From assembly GCA_035390665.1 (NCBI GenBank), contig DAOOUC010000010.1, forward strand, positions 1 to 19,482: a stretch of 19,482 bases of DNA, given 5' to 3'. Below are positions 1 through 8,743 of this stretch, piece by piece. The translations under genes and the position numbers were made by a program. Under the pieces are notes generated by a model. That model was not told the origin of the DNA, made no database searches, and saw nothing but the letters and a program-made list of their open reading frames with translations. This stretch comes from an archaeon. GTDB taxonomy: Archaea > Iainarchaeota > Iainarchaeia > Iainarchaeales > CSSED10-239. The stretch's first letter is position 1; each line of letters begins with the position of its first letter.

Positions 1-248
1 AACCAAATATTTGAAATAAAATGATTACTTAATTTCTTAAATATCATATTAGAAATTAAAGTTAATGCAGATAACATAAAATAACCTACTGAGAATAAAA
101 CCAAACTTAACCCTATTGTTCCAATATTTAGTTCTAATGTATTAGGGGGTTCTAATTTTCCCATAAAAATAAATATTAAATACAAACCCACAATTAACAA
201 AATTACAGAAATAATCATTAACCATTTATCTACTTTCTTTGTATCCAT
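1..248 (-). CDS. Small integral membrane protein, 3' end cut by the window start (absent from the supplied ORF track)
   Basis: Minus-strand ATG at 248-246. Hand translation MDTKKVDKWLMIISVILLIVGLYLIFIFMGKLEPPNTLELNIGTIGLSLVLFSVGYFMLSALTLISNMIFKKLSNHFISNIW runs stop-free to base 1. It has two hydrophobic spans and lies on the same strand as the pilus-like genes upstream. Confidence 0.5.
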   Translation of the reverse strand, partial: MDTKKVDKWLMIISVILLIVGLYLIFIFMGKLEPPNTLELNIGTIGLSLVLFSVGYFMLSALTLISNMIFKKLSNHFISNIW

Positions 249-259
249 TTTTGTTTCAC

Positions 260-294
260 AAAAAAATAGAAGATATAACCTTTTAAAAGGTTAT
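260..294 (-). terminator. Hairpin plus oligo-T terminator downstream of the 167-aa membrane protein gene
   Basis: Perfect 20-nt palindrome ATAACCTTTTAAAAGGTTAT at 275-294. On the minus strand it is followed by a T7 run (plus-strand A7 at 260-266). It sits between the stop at 318 and the next minus-strand start at 248. Confidence 0.5.
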
Positions 295-317
295 TTATTT
301 TATTAGGTTTTTTGCGT

Positions 318-821
318 TTAAATTATTAGATGCACTGCATTAAATATGAAAATAATTAATGAAGGCATAACAAGCATTACTAATACATCCCATGTATTTA
401 ATGCATCAGGATTTTTCTTATATTCATCCCATAAATATGTGTGTGCTTTTGTTTGTTTCTTTAAATGTAATAAATACCAAAGCAAACTAAAAATTAATGC
501 TGAAATTACCCATAGTGTTATGATTGCAGTATATTTTTCTAAAGCTAAAAAGTATTTAGATGAAAATATCCATAGTATTGTTATTAATCCATAAGTAACT
601 AATACAGAGAATATGGCTTTAAATATTAACTTTGCTGTTCCTGTCTTAAATAATGTAACAATGTTATTGAACAACCACATTATTATGAAAAGAACAGTCA
701 TTAATAATAAAACTATAAATATAAATGTTAAAATAAAAGTTCCAAGAACAAAACCAAGAACTAAAATAATACCTGCTAATATTAAAAAAATAATTTTTGT
801 TAAAAGATTCATAAAAATCAC
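318..821 (-). CDS. Polytopic membrane protein, function unknown
   Basis: The 167-aa ORF is almost entirely hydrophobic helices (LILAGIILVLGFVLGTFILTFIFIVLLLMTVLFIIMWLF...). Position 821 is a GTG; the first ATG is at 812 (MNLLTK...). It is co-oriented with the pilus-like genes. No family recognised. Confidence 0.5.
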   Translation of the reverse strand: MIFMNLLTKIIFLILAGIILVLGFVLGTFILTFIFIVLLLMTVLFIIMWLFNNIVTLFKTGTAKLIFKAIFSVLVTYGLITILWIFSSKYFLALEKYTAIITLWVISALIFSLLWYLLHLKKQTKAHTYLWDEYKKNPDALNTWDVLVMLVMPSLIIFIFNAVHLII

Positions 822-865
822 ATTGTTACTTGAATATATTATTTAGATAAGAAGTATTTTTAATA

Positions 866-1423
866 TTAATTATTTGATTCTGTTGCATTTGAATTATTTT
901 CTGTGTATAATGAATTTTCTGGTTTTTTGTTAAAGAAATAAACACAATAGGTTTTACAGTTTTCAGAATTTGGTGCAAAGCTAATCGGGTCAAAAATTTC
1001 ATCAGGCATATCTCCACTAGCTGTCCAGAAATCACAATACGCCCAAACATTCATCTTTAAATTGTCTGCTTTAATTCTTAAATCTCCATTGTCTAAATAC
1101 TCTATCCCTTGACCACCAATTAATCCTATACAATTTTCGTCCATTCCAGAATAAATACTTATCTTTCTTTTTGTTATTGTGCCTGTAAGCATTAAATCTT
1201 CAATAATAAATGGAATCTTTGTACTTGTTCCTACACTTTTTGCTGCAGATTGTACTCCTTCTTTTAATTTTTGATCACTAATCAATATTGATTGCTTATT
1301 TGTAGATGCAATCATATTCATAATAATTACAAGAATTGCAGCAGCTAAAACAAAAGCAATTAATAATCTAAAAGACTCAGAACTTGAATCGTCTCCTCTT
1401 TGATTAAGTTTAAGTATTTTCAT
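866..1423 (-). CDS. Type IV pilin-like protein with an archaeal class III signal peptide
   Basis: The N-terminus MKILKLNQRG/DDSSSESFRLLIAFVLAAAILVIIMNMI is a short basic leader ending in RG, followed by a ~20-residue hydrophobic helix. The soluble remainder has 4 Cys. Its start overlaps the stop of the FlaJ/TadC-like gene by 1 nt (TAATG), implying translational coupling. Confidence 0.55.
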   Translation of the reverse strand: MKILKLNQRGDDSSSESFRLLIAFVLAAAILVIIMNMIASTNKQSILISDQKLKEGVQSAAKSVGTSTKIPFIIEDLMLTGTITKRKISIYSGMDENCIGLIGGQGIEYLDNGDLRIKADNLKMNVWAYCDFWTASGDMPDEIFDPISFAPNSENCKTYCVYFFNKKPENSLYTENNSNATESNN

Positions 1424-3642
1424 TATAAAACCATATTTGCTAAAATTACAGTCAATACAAACAAGATTGTAGCAACAGGAAGAGTTTGTGCAATTCTATA
1501 TTTTACAAGAATCATATTTTCTTGTTCAATCATTGTAGTAAAGAAAGTCATAATTAAAACAATTTCAATAACATAAATTGCAACAATAATAGTAAATGCT
1601 GTTGGTGTTGCAATCTTACTAATAACATCCATATTTAAAGAACTACCAAAAGAAGACATAGAAGTTATATCCATTCCCATGCCTGTAGTGTCTATTCCTT
1701 CTAAAGATGAAGCCATTTCTTCTAAAGCTCCACTACTTGCTACAGAAGACAAAGTAGAAATTACAACCTTATGAAGAGTTGTTGTTACACCAAGAATAAT
1801 TGGACCAATAAACTTAGCCATACTATTTAAAGTAGAAGTAATTTCTGCAATTAAAGTTGATAATAATCTGTTAATTTCATCTGTATTTCTTAATTGCATA
1901 GAATATGAAATTAAAGTTTTAGCTGCAACATTTACACCCATCTGAACAGAATCAACTACTAATCTCATAGCACTATTGATTATTGTTGAAGGGTTATTCT
2001 TTAAGGCACCATAATTTTTATCAAAAACTGCAGAATTAAGAGTTAAACCTAAGACTCTTATGTTATCAACAGTTTTACCAAAAATATCTTTAGCAACAGT
2101 TGATTTAGGAAGGAATTGACGAGTGTGATCAAAAGCATCTTCAATTGGCTTATTTTCTCCAAGCCTACTTGCAATAATATACAGTGCATCCTTAAATTCT
2201 TTTTCTTGAGTTTCAGTTTGAAGTTGAACTTTTCTTTTATAAACACTTGTTGCATAACACCAAAGAGAAATTGATAAAGAAATAGCTATAAACAAACTAA
2301 AAATAATATAATAAGGAATAATCATATTCTTTGGTTCTGCCCAAAAAGCAGCTTCTTCTGCACACATTACTTTAGGATTAAGTGCTTTTGCATTTAATTC
2401 TTCTGTGGTACATCCCCAAACAGGTGTTGTTGTATTGAATTCTTCTTCTAATATTTTTTCTTTTGTTACTCCTAATGTGGTTTGTAAAAAAATTCCAGAA
2501 AATATACCAACACCCATAATTATTACAATTAAAATAAAAACATTAATCTGAAAATCTTTAATCTTTAATGTATTCTTTTTTGGAAGACCTGGATAATTAT
2601 CAGGAATAACTGGTGGAACATATGTTGGAGGTCTTTTCTTTATAACACTTCTAGCATAAAAGAAACAACCAAGAGGGATAGCAATATTATAAATCATTAT
2701 TAGATAGATTGGTTGAGCCATTGCTGAACCAGAAAAAGCAGAACCAACTGGTAAAACAATAATTAACAATAATGGTAAAAGAATACCAAGATAAAACATA
2801 ACTGTTGCTGGTTGATTTAAAGTTCTTGCATAATCTTCTAATTTTCCTTTAACAGAAACCAAGGTATCATTCATGGTTTGATCTAATAATTGATATCTCT
2901 TACTTTCAGAAGACTCAATTACTGAAGATCTAATCTTCATTAATCCTTTTTTTAGTTCAACAGAGATGTCTCCCCACTTATAAGCTAATTCATCTAAGGC
3001 TTCAGCAACACTATTCTTTATTCCTACCTTTACTTCCCAAAGTAATTTTTTAAGATCTTCTGCAATCTTTCCATGTCCGTGTTCTGAAGCAAATTCTATT
3101 GCTTTTTCTAAATTCGGCACTAACTTCATAGACATTATCATATATCCTAAAATCTCTGGAACAAAAGTTAATGCTTTAATCTTTTCATCTTGAACTTTAT
3201 TTAATGGATATTTTTGAACAAAAATATATAAATAGAAAACTAAACCAATTGGAATTCCAAAAACTAATAAATATGTAAGCATTGAAGATCCCAATGCATT
3301 TGAAATTGTTTCACCAAATAAATAAAATATTGAACCTGAAATAACAACTGCTAAAAACAAACCAACAATTAAAACAAACTTTACGGTTGCAGAATATTCT
3401 TCTGCACTTAAATCCCAATCTAAGAAATCTATTGCTTTTTGATATTCATCGTTGTATGTTGCATTCTTTCCAAGACCTGAAAACTTTTCATTAATCTTTT
3501 TACAAAAAGTAACATAAGCATTTGATTTCTTTTTAGAAAGTTTATCAGAAGGTTTAGAAAAATCTCTTGAATCTATAGCTATAGAACTATAAATTTCTCC
3601 TGGATTTTCCTTTGAAACCTTATACTTATAGTTGTCTGGCAT
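1423..3642 (-). CDS. FlaJ/TadC-like (type II secretion system F family) pilus/archaellum assembly membrane protein
   Basis: 739 aa with two T2SSF-like cytoplasmic helical segments (EILGYMIMSMKLVPNLEKAIEFASEHGHGKIAEDLKKLLWEVKVGIKNSVAEALDELA... and EFKDALYIIASRLGENKPIEDAFDHTRQFLPKSTVAKDIFGKTVDNIRVLGLTLNSAV...). Each is followed by clusters of TM helices. ATG start at 3642. Confidence 0.7.
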   Translation of the reverse strand: MPDNYKYKVSKENPGEIYSSIAIDSRDFSKPSDKLSKKKSNAYVTFCKKINEKFSGLGKNATYNDEYQKAIDFLDWDLSAEEYSATVKFVLIVGLFLAVVISGSIFYLFGETISNALGSSMLTYLLVFGIPIGLVFYLYIFVQKYPLNKVQDEKIKALTFVPEILGYMIMSMKLVPNLEKAIEFASEHGHGKIAEDLKKLLWEVKVGIKNSVAEALDELAYKWGDISVELKKGLMKIRSSVIESSESKRYQLLDQTMNDTLVSVKGKLEDYARTLNQPATVMFYLGILLPLLLIIVLPVGSAFSGSAMAQPIYLIMIYNIAIPLGCFFYARSVIKKRPPTYVPPVIPDNYPGLPKKNTLKIKDFQINVFILIVIIMGVGIFSGIFLQTTLGVTKEKILEEEFNTTTPVWGCTTEELNAKALNPKVMCAEEAAFWAEPKNMIIPYYIIFSLFIAISLSISLWCYATSVYKRKVQLQTETQEKEFKDALYIIASRLGENKPIEDAFDHTRQFLPKSTVAKDIFGKTVDNIRVLGLTLNSAVFDKNYGALKNNPSTIINSAMRLVVDSVQMGVNVAAKTLISYSMQLRNTDEINRLLSTLIAEITSTLNSMAKFIGPIILGVTTTLHKVVISTLSSVASSGALEEMASSLEGIDTTGMGMDITSMSSFGSSLNMDVISKIATPTAFTIIVAIYVIEIVLIMTFFTTMIEQENMILVKYRIAQTLPVATILFVLTVILANMVL

Positions 3643-3756
3643 CTTTTATCTTGTGTTTTAGTATAATTAAAATATATTTATAAAAGAAAGAAAGATTTAA
3701 ATACATGTCCCTTTTCTATTTTTATATATTAAAATAAATTTAATAGGAGACAAAAA

Positions 3757-3948
3757 ATGAGTTTTAAAATAATACATGACAAAAACAAATGTGTGGGTTG
3801 CGGTGCTTGTGTTGCTGTATGCCCTGACAATTGGGAATATAAAGAAGACAAAGTTTTACCTAAAAAAACTAAAGTTGAAGAAATTGGTTGTAACCAAGTT
3901 GCAGCAGATACTTGCCCGGTTTCATGTATAAAGATTGAAAAAGAATGA
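3757..3948 (+). CDS. Small [4Fe-4S] ferredoxin
   Basis: 63 aa with CVGCGACVAVCP (CxxCxxCxxxCP) plus a distal C...CPVSC. Layout resembles short Pyrococcus-type single-cluster ferredoxins. A GGAG RBS precedes the ATG. Confidence 0.8.
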   Translation: MSFKIIHDKNKCVGCGACVAVCPDNWEYKEDKVLPKKTKVEEIGCNQVAADTCPVSCIKIEKE

Positions 3949-4811
3949 AATTAAATTTTGGAACTGCCGGTATTCCTGGGACATCTAATGGTCCAATACC
4001 TAAGATAAAAGATGCAACCGTTTCAGGAATACATCAAGTAGCTAGTTTTAATCTTGATGCTTTGGAGATTGAATTTGTTAGAGGAGTGTATCTTAAAACA
4101 AGTAACCCAGAACAACTAGAACTCATAAAAAAAACCTCAGAAGAAAAAAATGTTTCACTTAGCATTCATTGCCCTTATTATATTAATTTAAGTTCTCTTG
4201 ATTCTGAAATTATTAGAAATAGTATAGGTTATATTTCACAATCACTTATTGTTGGACAATTAATTGGCTCCAGGATTGCTTTATTTCACCCAGGCTATTT
4301 TCAAAAACAAGAAAGGGCAGAAGTTCTAGACACAATTTCAAAAGGAATAGACAAAATTATTGAAACTGTTGAAAAGAAAGGCAATCATAAAAGAATACAC
4401 ATAGGTTTAGAGCTAACCGGAAAAGAAACGCAAGTTGGTTCTTTAGAAGATATTTTTTATTTTTATGAAAAATATAAAGATTTAGGAGTATTACCTGTTA
4501 TTGACTTCTCACACCAACATGCTAGAAAAAATGGTTACTTTAGAGAGCAGAAAAACTTGAATTCTTTTTTTGAAAAACTAGATAGTTATCCAGATTATCT
4601 AAAGAACATGCATATGCACATGTCAGGAATCAATTACTCAGAGAAAGGAGAAAGAAATCATCTAATGTTTGAAGACAAAGCAAATGACTTTCCTTACAAG
4701 AAGATTTTAGAAAAACTAAAAGAAAGAAAAGCAGAAGGGACAATCATCTGTGAAAGTCCTATTCCATATGAGGATGCTCAATTACTAAAAAAAGAATATA
4801 CAAAATTATAA
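3945..4811 (+). CDS. nfo: Endonuclease IV family (AP endonuclease 2 / xylose-isomerase-like TIM barrel) protein
   Basis: The motif series matches Endo IV metal-binding strands: FGTAGIP, SIHCPYYINLSS, ALFHPG, GLELTG, IDFSHQHA, MHMHMSG, ICESP. The start overlaps the ferredoxin stop (ATGA). Confidence 0.7.
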   Translation: MKLNFGTAGIPGTSNGPIPKIKDATVSGIHQVASFNLDALEIEFVRGVYLKTSNPEQLELIKKTSEEKNVSLSIHCPYYINLSSLDSEIIRNSIGYISQSLIVGQLIGSRIALFHPGYFQKQERAEVLDTISKGIDKIIETVEKKGNHKRIHIGLELTGKETQVGSLEDIFYFYEKYKDLGVLPVIDFSHQHARKNGYFREQKNLNSFFEKLDSYPDYLKNMHMHMSGINYSEKGERNHLMFEDKANDFPYKKILEKLKERKAEGTIICESPIPYEDAQLLKKEYTKL

Positions 4812-5279
4812 AAGATCCCAGTCTTTTCCGCCTTTATCTTTTAATCTTTCTTTTACTGATTTTCCATCTTTATTTGCTAATCCGTGCATTGGTCTTGGTA
4901 AATTTGCAGGTTGACTTGATCTTTTCATAATATTTGACTGCTTACTTTCAAGTTCATCCATTTCATCTGGTTCTTCATCGTCATAGTTTCCAGAATCTAA
5001 AATCTCAATTTCATCAATATCATCATTATATGGATCTTCTTTTTTATTTCTAATAATTTCTGTATCTCTTCCACCAGAATTAAGAGTTGGTCTTGTACTG
5101 CTTGTTGCAGCAGCATATCTTTGACCGTCTTTTGATTTTTTCATAACATTTATTCTATCAATACTATCTTGATTAACAGGACCAGAATAACCACATTGTC
5201 TACATTTGTGTCCTCCTGTGCTTTGATCCATTCCTACATTTAAAGAATAACATTTAGGACAATATTTGTATAATACCAT
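4806..5279 (-). CDS. Zinc-ribbon protein with an acidic, low-complexity C-terminal half
   Basis: N-terminal CPKC...x18...CRQCG four-Cys ribbon, followed by a DDIDEIEILDSGNYDDEEPDEMDELE acidic tract. ATG at 5279. The 3' end overlaps nfo convergently by 6 nt. Confidence 0.6.
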   Translation of the reverse strand: MVLYKYCPKCYSLNVGMDQSTGGHKCRQCGYSGPVNQDSIDRINVMKKSKDGQRYAAATSSTRPTLNSGGRDTEIIRNKKEDPYNDDIDEIEILDSGNYDDEEPDEMDELESKQSNIMKRSSQPANLPRPMHGLANKDGKSVKERLKDKGGKDWDLL

Positions 5280-5401
5280 TTTTACTTCACCTTTTTCTCC
5301 ACAAAAATATTAAATATAATAAAATGATAAATACAAATGTTTAAAAGCATATTTTATTTATGTTTTATTAGATTATTTAAAAATAAAAGGAGAAAGATAA
5401 G

Positions 5402-6589
5402 ATGAGTTTTAATAAGAATGAAGTTGGAGTTGTTGCCTATGGTGTAAAAACAGGAATAATTACCCCAAAAGATAATATCATTGAAATAGTTAAACAAACA
5501 TTTAAAAAAAATCCTAAACTTTTAGAAAATGGAGACATTGTTTGTGTTAAAGAAGCAGTTACTGCAATTACTCAGAATAATTTCGTAAGTTTAGAAGATA
5601 TTAGAACAGATATAATAACTAAATTAAAAATAAAAGAAAACTCAACAATTGGTGTTGTTTTTCCAATAACTTCCAGAAATAGATTTTCTTTAATTCTAAG
5701 AGCAATCTCATCAACAGTTCCAAAAGGAAAAATAATAGTACAATTGTTGTTTCCATCCGATGAGCAAGGAAATCAAATAATTTCTGAAGATTTCTTAAAA
5801 AAGAAAAAAATAAAATTAGAAGATAAAATTACTTTAGAAAAAATTGGAAAAAATAGATTCATACATCCAGAGACTGGAATGGATTATATTAAATTCTATG
5901 AAGATTTAATAAAGAAAGAAGGAGCAAAATCTGAAATATTTTTATCAAATAACCCTGAACATATTCTACAATATAAACCAACAGGAGTAATTATCTCTAA
6001 TGTTCACGACAGAAACAAAATTTTAGAAAAAATTAAACCAAAGTTTAAAAACACAATTACTTTACAAGACATCTGTTCTGATAAAAAAAGAAAATCACAC
6101 TCAGAATATGGACTTTTAGGTTCAAACATACTTGATCCTGAAAAAGGAATAATTAAACTTCCACCAAGAGACTCAGACAAAGTTTGTCTAGAAATACAAA
6201 AAATGATAAAAACAACATTTAAAAAAAATGTAGAAGTAATGGTCTATGGAGATGGAGCATATAAAGATCCTGAAAGTGGAATATATGAACTTGCTGATCC
6301 TGTTTGTGCTTTTGGAGTAACTCCTGGAATTGAAAGCAACAGAAGAGTAGGGGTAAAAACAAAATATCTAATGCAAAAATACCTAAATGAAGGAAAAACT
6401 AAAGAAGAAATTCTAAAAGAGATAGAAAAAGAAAAGAAAAAAGTACTTTGCACAACAGACAAAGGAAATATGGCTTGTGAAGGAACAACACCAAGAAAAG
6501 TAAGAAACCTTGTTGCAAGTCTTGCTGATCTTGTGTCTGGTAGTGCAGATGCAAATACTCCTGTAGTTATTGTAAGAGGGTTTATTTAA
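5402..6589 (+). CDS. CofE-like (F420-0:gamma-glutamyl ligase family) protein, enlarged form
   Basis: The N-terminal [17 protein letters not shown]...[18 protein letters not shown], the central [12 protein letters not shown]...ADPVCAFG and the C-terminal [20 protein letters not shown] all parallel CofE motifs (GDDL...DGD.lvv..K..SKaEG; iitDt.Gr; l.mGe...g.PvvvvRG). AAGGAG RBS. Confidence 0.65.
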   Translation: MSFNKNEVGVVAYGVKTGIITPKDNIIEIVKQTFKKNPKLLENGDIVCVKEAVTAITQNNFVSLEDIRTDIITKLKIKENSTIGVVFPITSRNRFSLILRAISSTVPKGKIIVQLLFPSDEQGNQIISEDFLKKKKIKLEDKITLEKIGKNRFIHPETGMDYIKFYEDLIKKEGAKSEIFLSNNPEHILQYKPTGVIISNVHDRNKILEKIKPKFKNTITLQDICSDKKRKSHSEYGLLGSNILDPEKGIIKLPPRDSDKVCLEIQKMIKTTFKKNVEVMVYGDGAYKDPESGIYELADPVCAFGVTPGIESNRRVGVKTKYLMQKYLNEGKTKEEILKEIEKEKKKVLCTTDKGNMACEGTTPRKVRNLVASLADLVSGSADANTPVVIVRGFI

Positions 6590-6643
6590 AATTTAAAATT
6601 CTCTTATTTTTTAACAAATATACAAAAAAACAAGAGTTTAGAA

Positions 6644-6651
6644 TTTATATA
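6644..6651 (+). promoter_or_regulatory. Candidate TATA box for a leaderless transcript of the GGDEF-like gene
   Basis: TTTATATA is centred ~26-27 nt upstream of the ATG at 6674 and no Shine-Dalgarno lies between them. This is typical archaeal leaderless geometry. Confidence 0.4.
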
Positions 6652-6673
6652 GTTCTTTAATCACATAATTATT

Positions 6674-7306
6674 ATGAATAATAAAATTTTAATAAAATTA
6701 AGTGTTGGAATTGGAAGAAATTTAGCAGAAGCAGAAGAAGCTTTAAAAATTGCAAAAACAAACAAAAACAAACATAAAAAATTTAATATAGAAATTTATA
6801 ATGGCCCAAAATTAAAATATACAAATATCATTCCGTCTGAAATTATTAATGCATACCTAAGACTTGAAAAAAAGTTATCTAATTCTCCTAAAGAACTTTT
6901 GGATTTAGAAATATTAAAAAAAGATCCAAAAACTAAACTTTTAAATAAATTAGGATATTACATAGAATTGCAAAAATTAGAACTTAAGAAAAAATATAAT
7001 AAAAGAAATAGATTTATTATTTTATTTGATGCAGATTCTATGCACCTTCTTAATAAAAAATATGGCTATGAAACTGTGGATAGATATCTAGAAGCAATTG
7101 GAAAAGCGCTCTCTGAAAACATAAGATATTCTAAAGACCGAAACGAAAAAGATTTATTAAAAATAAAAGATTTATTAAACAATAGAAAAAATGATGCTGC
7201 AGGAGATGAATTTATTATTGATCTCTCTTGTAATAAGAAATATTTAAAACAAATTGCTGAAAGGTATATTACTAATTGTTATGAATATCAGAAAAAATTA
7301 AAATGA
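6674..7306 (+). CDS. Minimal GGDEF-like nucleotide cyclase (AGDEF motif), apparently circularly permuted
   Basis: DPKTKLLNKLGY (cf. D.LTgL.NRr.f), FIILFDADSMHLLNKKYGYETVDRYLEAIGKAL (cf. lDiDhFK.iND.yGH..GD.vL..va..l) and NDAAGDEFIIDLS (cf. R.GGDEFa.ll). The N-terminal ILIKLSVGIGRNLAEAEEALKIAKTNKNKH resembles the normally C-terminal vtvSiGia...ADeALY.AK..GkN segment. Confidence 0.65.
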   Translation: MNNKILIKLSVGIGRNLAEAEEALKIAKTNKNKHKKFNIEIYNGPKLKYTNIIPSEIINAYLRLEKKLSNSPKELLDLEILKKDPKTKLLNKLGYYIELQKLELKKKYNKRNRFIILFDADSMHLLNKKYGYETVDRYLEAIGKALSENIRYSKDRNEKDLLKIKDLLNNRKNDAAGDEFIIDLSCNKKYLKQIAERYITNCYEYQKKLK

Positions 7307-8671
7307 TTTAATTGTTTTTTGTTTCTCTTTTTCTAAAATTCCTTCTGCTGCTATAACGCCTGTAATGGCTGCACCAATAATATTTCCTGAAACTCCTGCT
7401 CCATCTCCAGCCATATAAAGATTTTTTATATGTGTTTCTAAATATTTATTTGTTTTAATTTTTGTGGATCTAAATTTGACTTCAGGAGCATACAGAAATG
7501 TGGAATCTCCATCAAGGCCAGGAAGAATCTTATCAAGCATCTCTATTCCTTCAATTAAATTTTTTGTAATTCTGTATGGCAAAGCAAGACCAATATCTCC
7601 TGGAATTGCATCCTTTAAAGAAGGGGTAATATGAGCGTGCTGAAGTCTTGAATAAGTACTTCTTCTTCCAACTTTTAAATCTTTAAATCTTTGAACTATT
7701 GGTTTTCCACCACCAACTAATGTTGCACCTTGTGCTACAAAATTTGCATAAAGTCTTGTGTTTTCTAAAGGTTCTGTTAATTTTACTTCAGTTACTAAAG
7801 CAAAATTAGAATTCTTGCCATCTAAGTTATGATTGCTGTGCCCGTTAACACAAACAAAATCCTCATATTCTTCTGTTGCCACATATCCGTGAGGACAAGG
7901 ACAAAATGTTCTAACAACATCATCATATGTTTTAGAATACATCAAATAAACAGTTTCATACATTAATTCAGCCTGCTCCTCAATTAAAGCTGCAGGGAAT
8001 TCCACTCTTACTCCAACTTCAATTTTATCATACATTTTTTCAAGATTGTTTTTTTGTGAGATTTTTTCAATCCATGAAGAATTATATCTTCCTGGAGCAC
8101 AAATTACATATTTTGATTTAAGTTCTGCTCCATCAGCTAAAATTACTCCTTGAATTAAATTATCTTTAACCAACAAATCCAAAACTTCTGTATTTGGTAA
8201 AAGTTGTACATTTTTTTTAATTAAATGTTCTTGCAATTTATGAATTACTGCCGGTAGTTTATCTGTCCCAACATGAATTGTTTTTCTTATAAATAATTTT
8301 ATGTTGTGCTTTTGAGAAAGATCAACCAAATCTTGCGTTTTTTTAAGATCTTTTGGATAATATTCTGCAGGCACTCCAAATTCTAAAAATAATTTTTCCA
8401 CATAATCTAAATATTCTTGATATTCTGAGATTGTATAAAGATGAAACATCTTTTCGTGGCTTAAAACTGGAGTAAAATGAAGCTTTCCATCTGAAAATGT
8501 TCCAGCCCCACCAAAACCGGTCATAACATCTGTTTTTTGTCTGTTTTCTACAAGTTGTCCTTTATCAATAAGTAAGATTTTAAGTTTACTATTCTTAGAT
8601 AATTCATAAGCACTAAAAATTCCAGCAGGCCCTGCACCAACAATTATAATATCAAAAAAGTTATTATCCAT
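7298..8671 (-). CDS. FAD-dependent oxidoreductase (uncharacterised FAD-dependent dehydrogenase type)
   Basis: N-terminal dinucleotide fold DIIIVGAGPAGIFSAYEL and C-terminal MAGDGAGVSGNIIGAAITGVIAAEGI. I place the start at the ATG at 8671 (MDNNFFDIIIVG...), not the GTG at 8704 used by the track. Confidence 0.75.
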   Translation of the reverse strand: MDNNFFDIIIVGAGPAGIFSAYELSKNSKLKILLIDKGQLVENRQKTDVMTGFGGAGTFSDGKLHFTPVLSHEKMFHLYTISEYQEYLDYVEKLFLEFGVPAEYYPKDLKKTQDLVDLSQKHNIKLFIRKTIHVGTDKLPAVIHKLQEHLIKKNVQLLPNTEVLDLLVKDNLIQGVILADGAELKSKYVICAPGRYNSSWIEKISQKNNLEKMYDKIEVGVRVEFPAALIEEQAELMYETVYLMYSKTYDDVVRTFCPCPHGYVATEEYEDFVCVNGHSNHNLDGKNSNFALVTEVKLTEPLENTRLYANFVAQGATLVGGGKPIVQRFKDLKVGRRSTYSRLQHAHITPSLKDAIPGDIGLALPYRITKNLIEGIEMLDKILPGLDGDSTFLYAPEVKFRSTKIKTNKYLETHIKNLYMAGDGAGVSGNIIGAAITGVIAAEGILEKEKQKTIKSF

Positions 8672-8743
8672 AAGATTCACAATAATAATATAAAGACTAA
8701 ACACTTTAAAAGATTATTGTGTATCATTTATATTGATACAATT

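Noticed and set aside
346-846. Plus-strand ORFs 346..594 and 613..846
   Set aside because: They are antisense to the hydrophobic 318..821 membrane-protein ORF. Their translations are low-complexity mirror images (Lys/Asn/Ile-rich) with no motifs, and they break the co-oriented minus-strand operon.
826-2255. Minus-strand ORFs 826..1050 and 2058..2255
   Set aside because: They are alternative frames inside the pilin-like and FlaJ/TadC-like genes, with no RBS and no recognisable motifs.
6244-6462. Minus-strand ORF 6244..6462
   Set aside because: It is antisense within the CofE-like gene and its translation is Ser/Phe-rich low complexity. The same reasoning applies to 12269..12502 (antisense in the MFS tail), 17795..18001 (antisense in vapB) and 18570..18836 (antisense in NlpC/P60).
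7184-7213. RxxD inhibitory I-site (RKND) upstream of AGDEF in the cyclase
   Set aside because: RKND is separated from the signature by one residue, not the five seen in canonical I-sites (as in PleD). It is probably coincidental.
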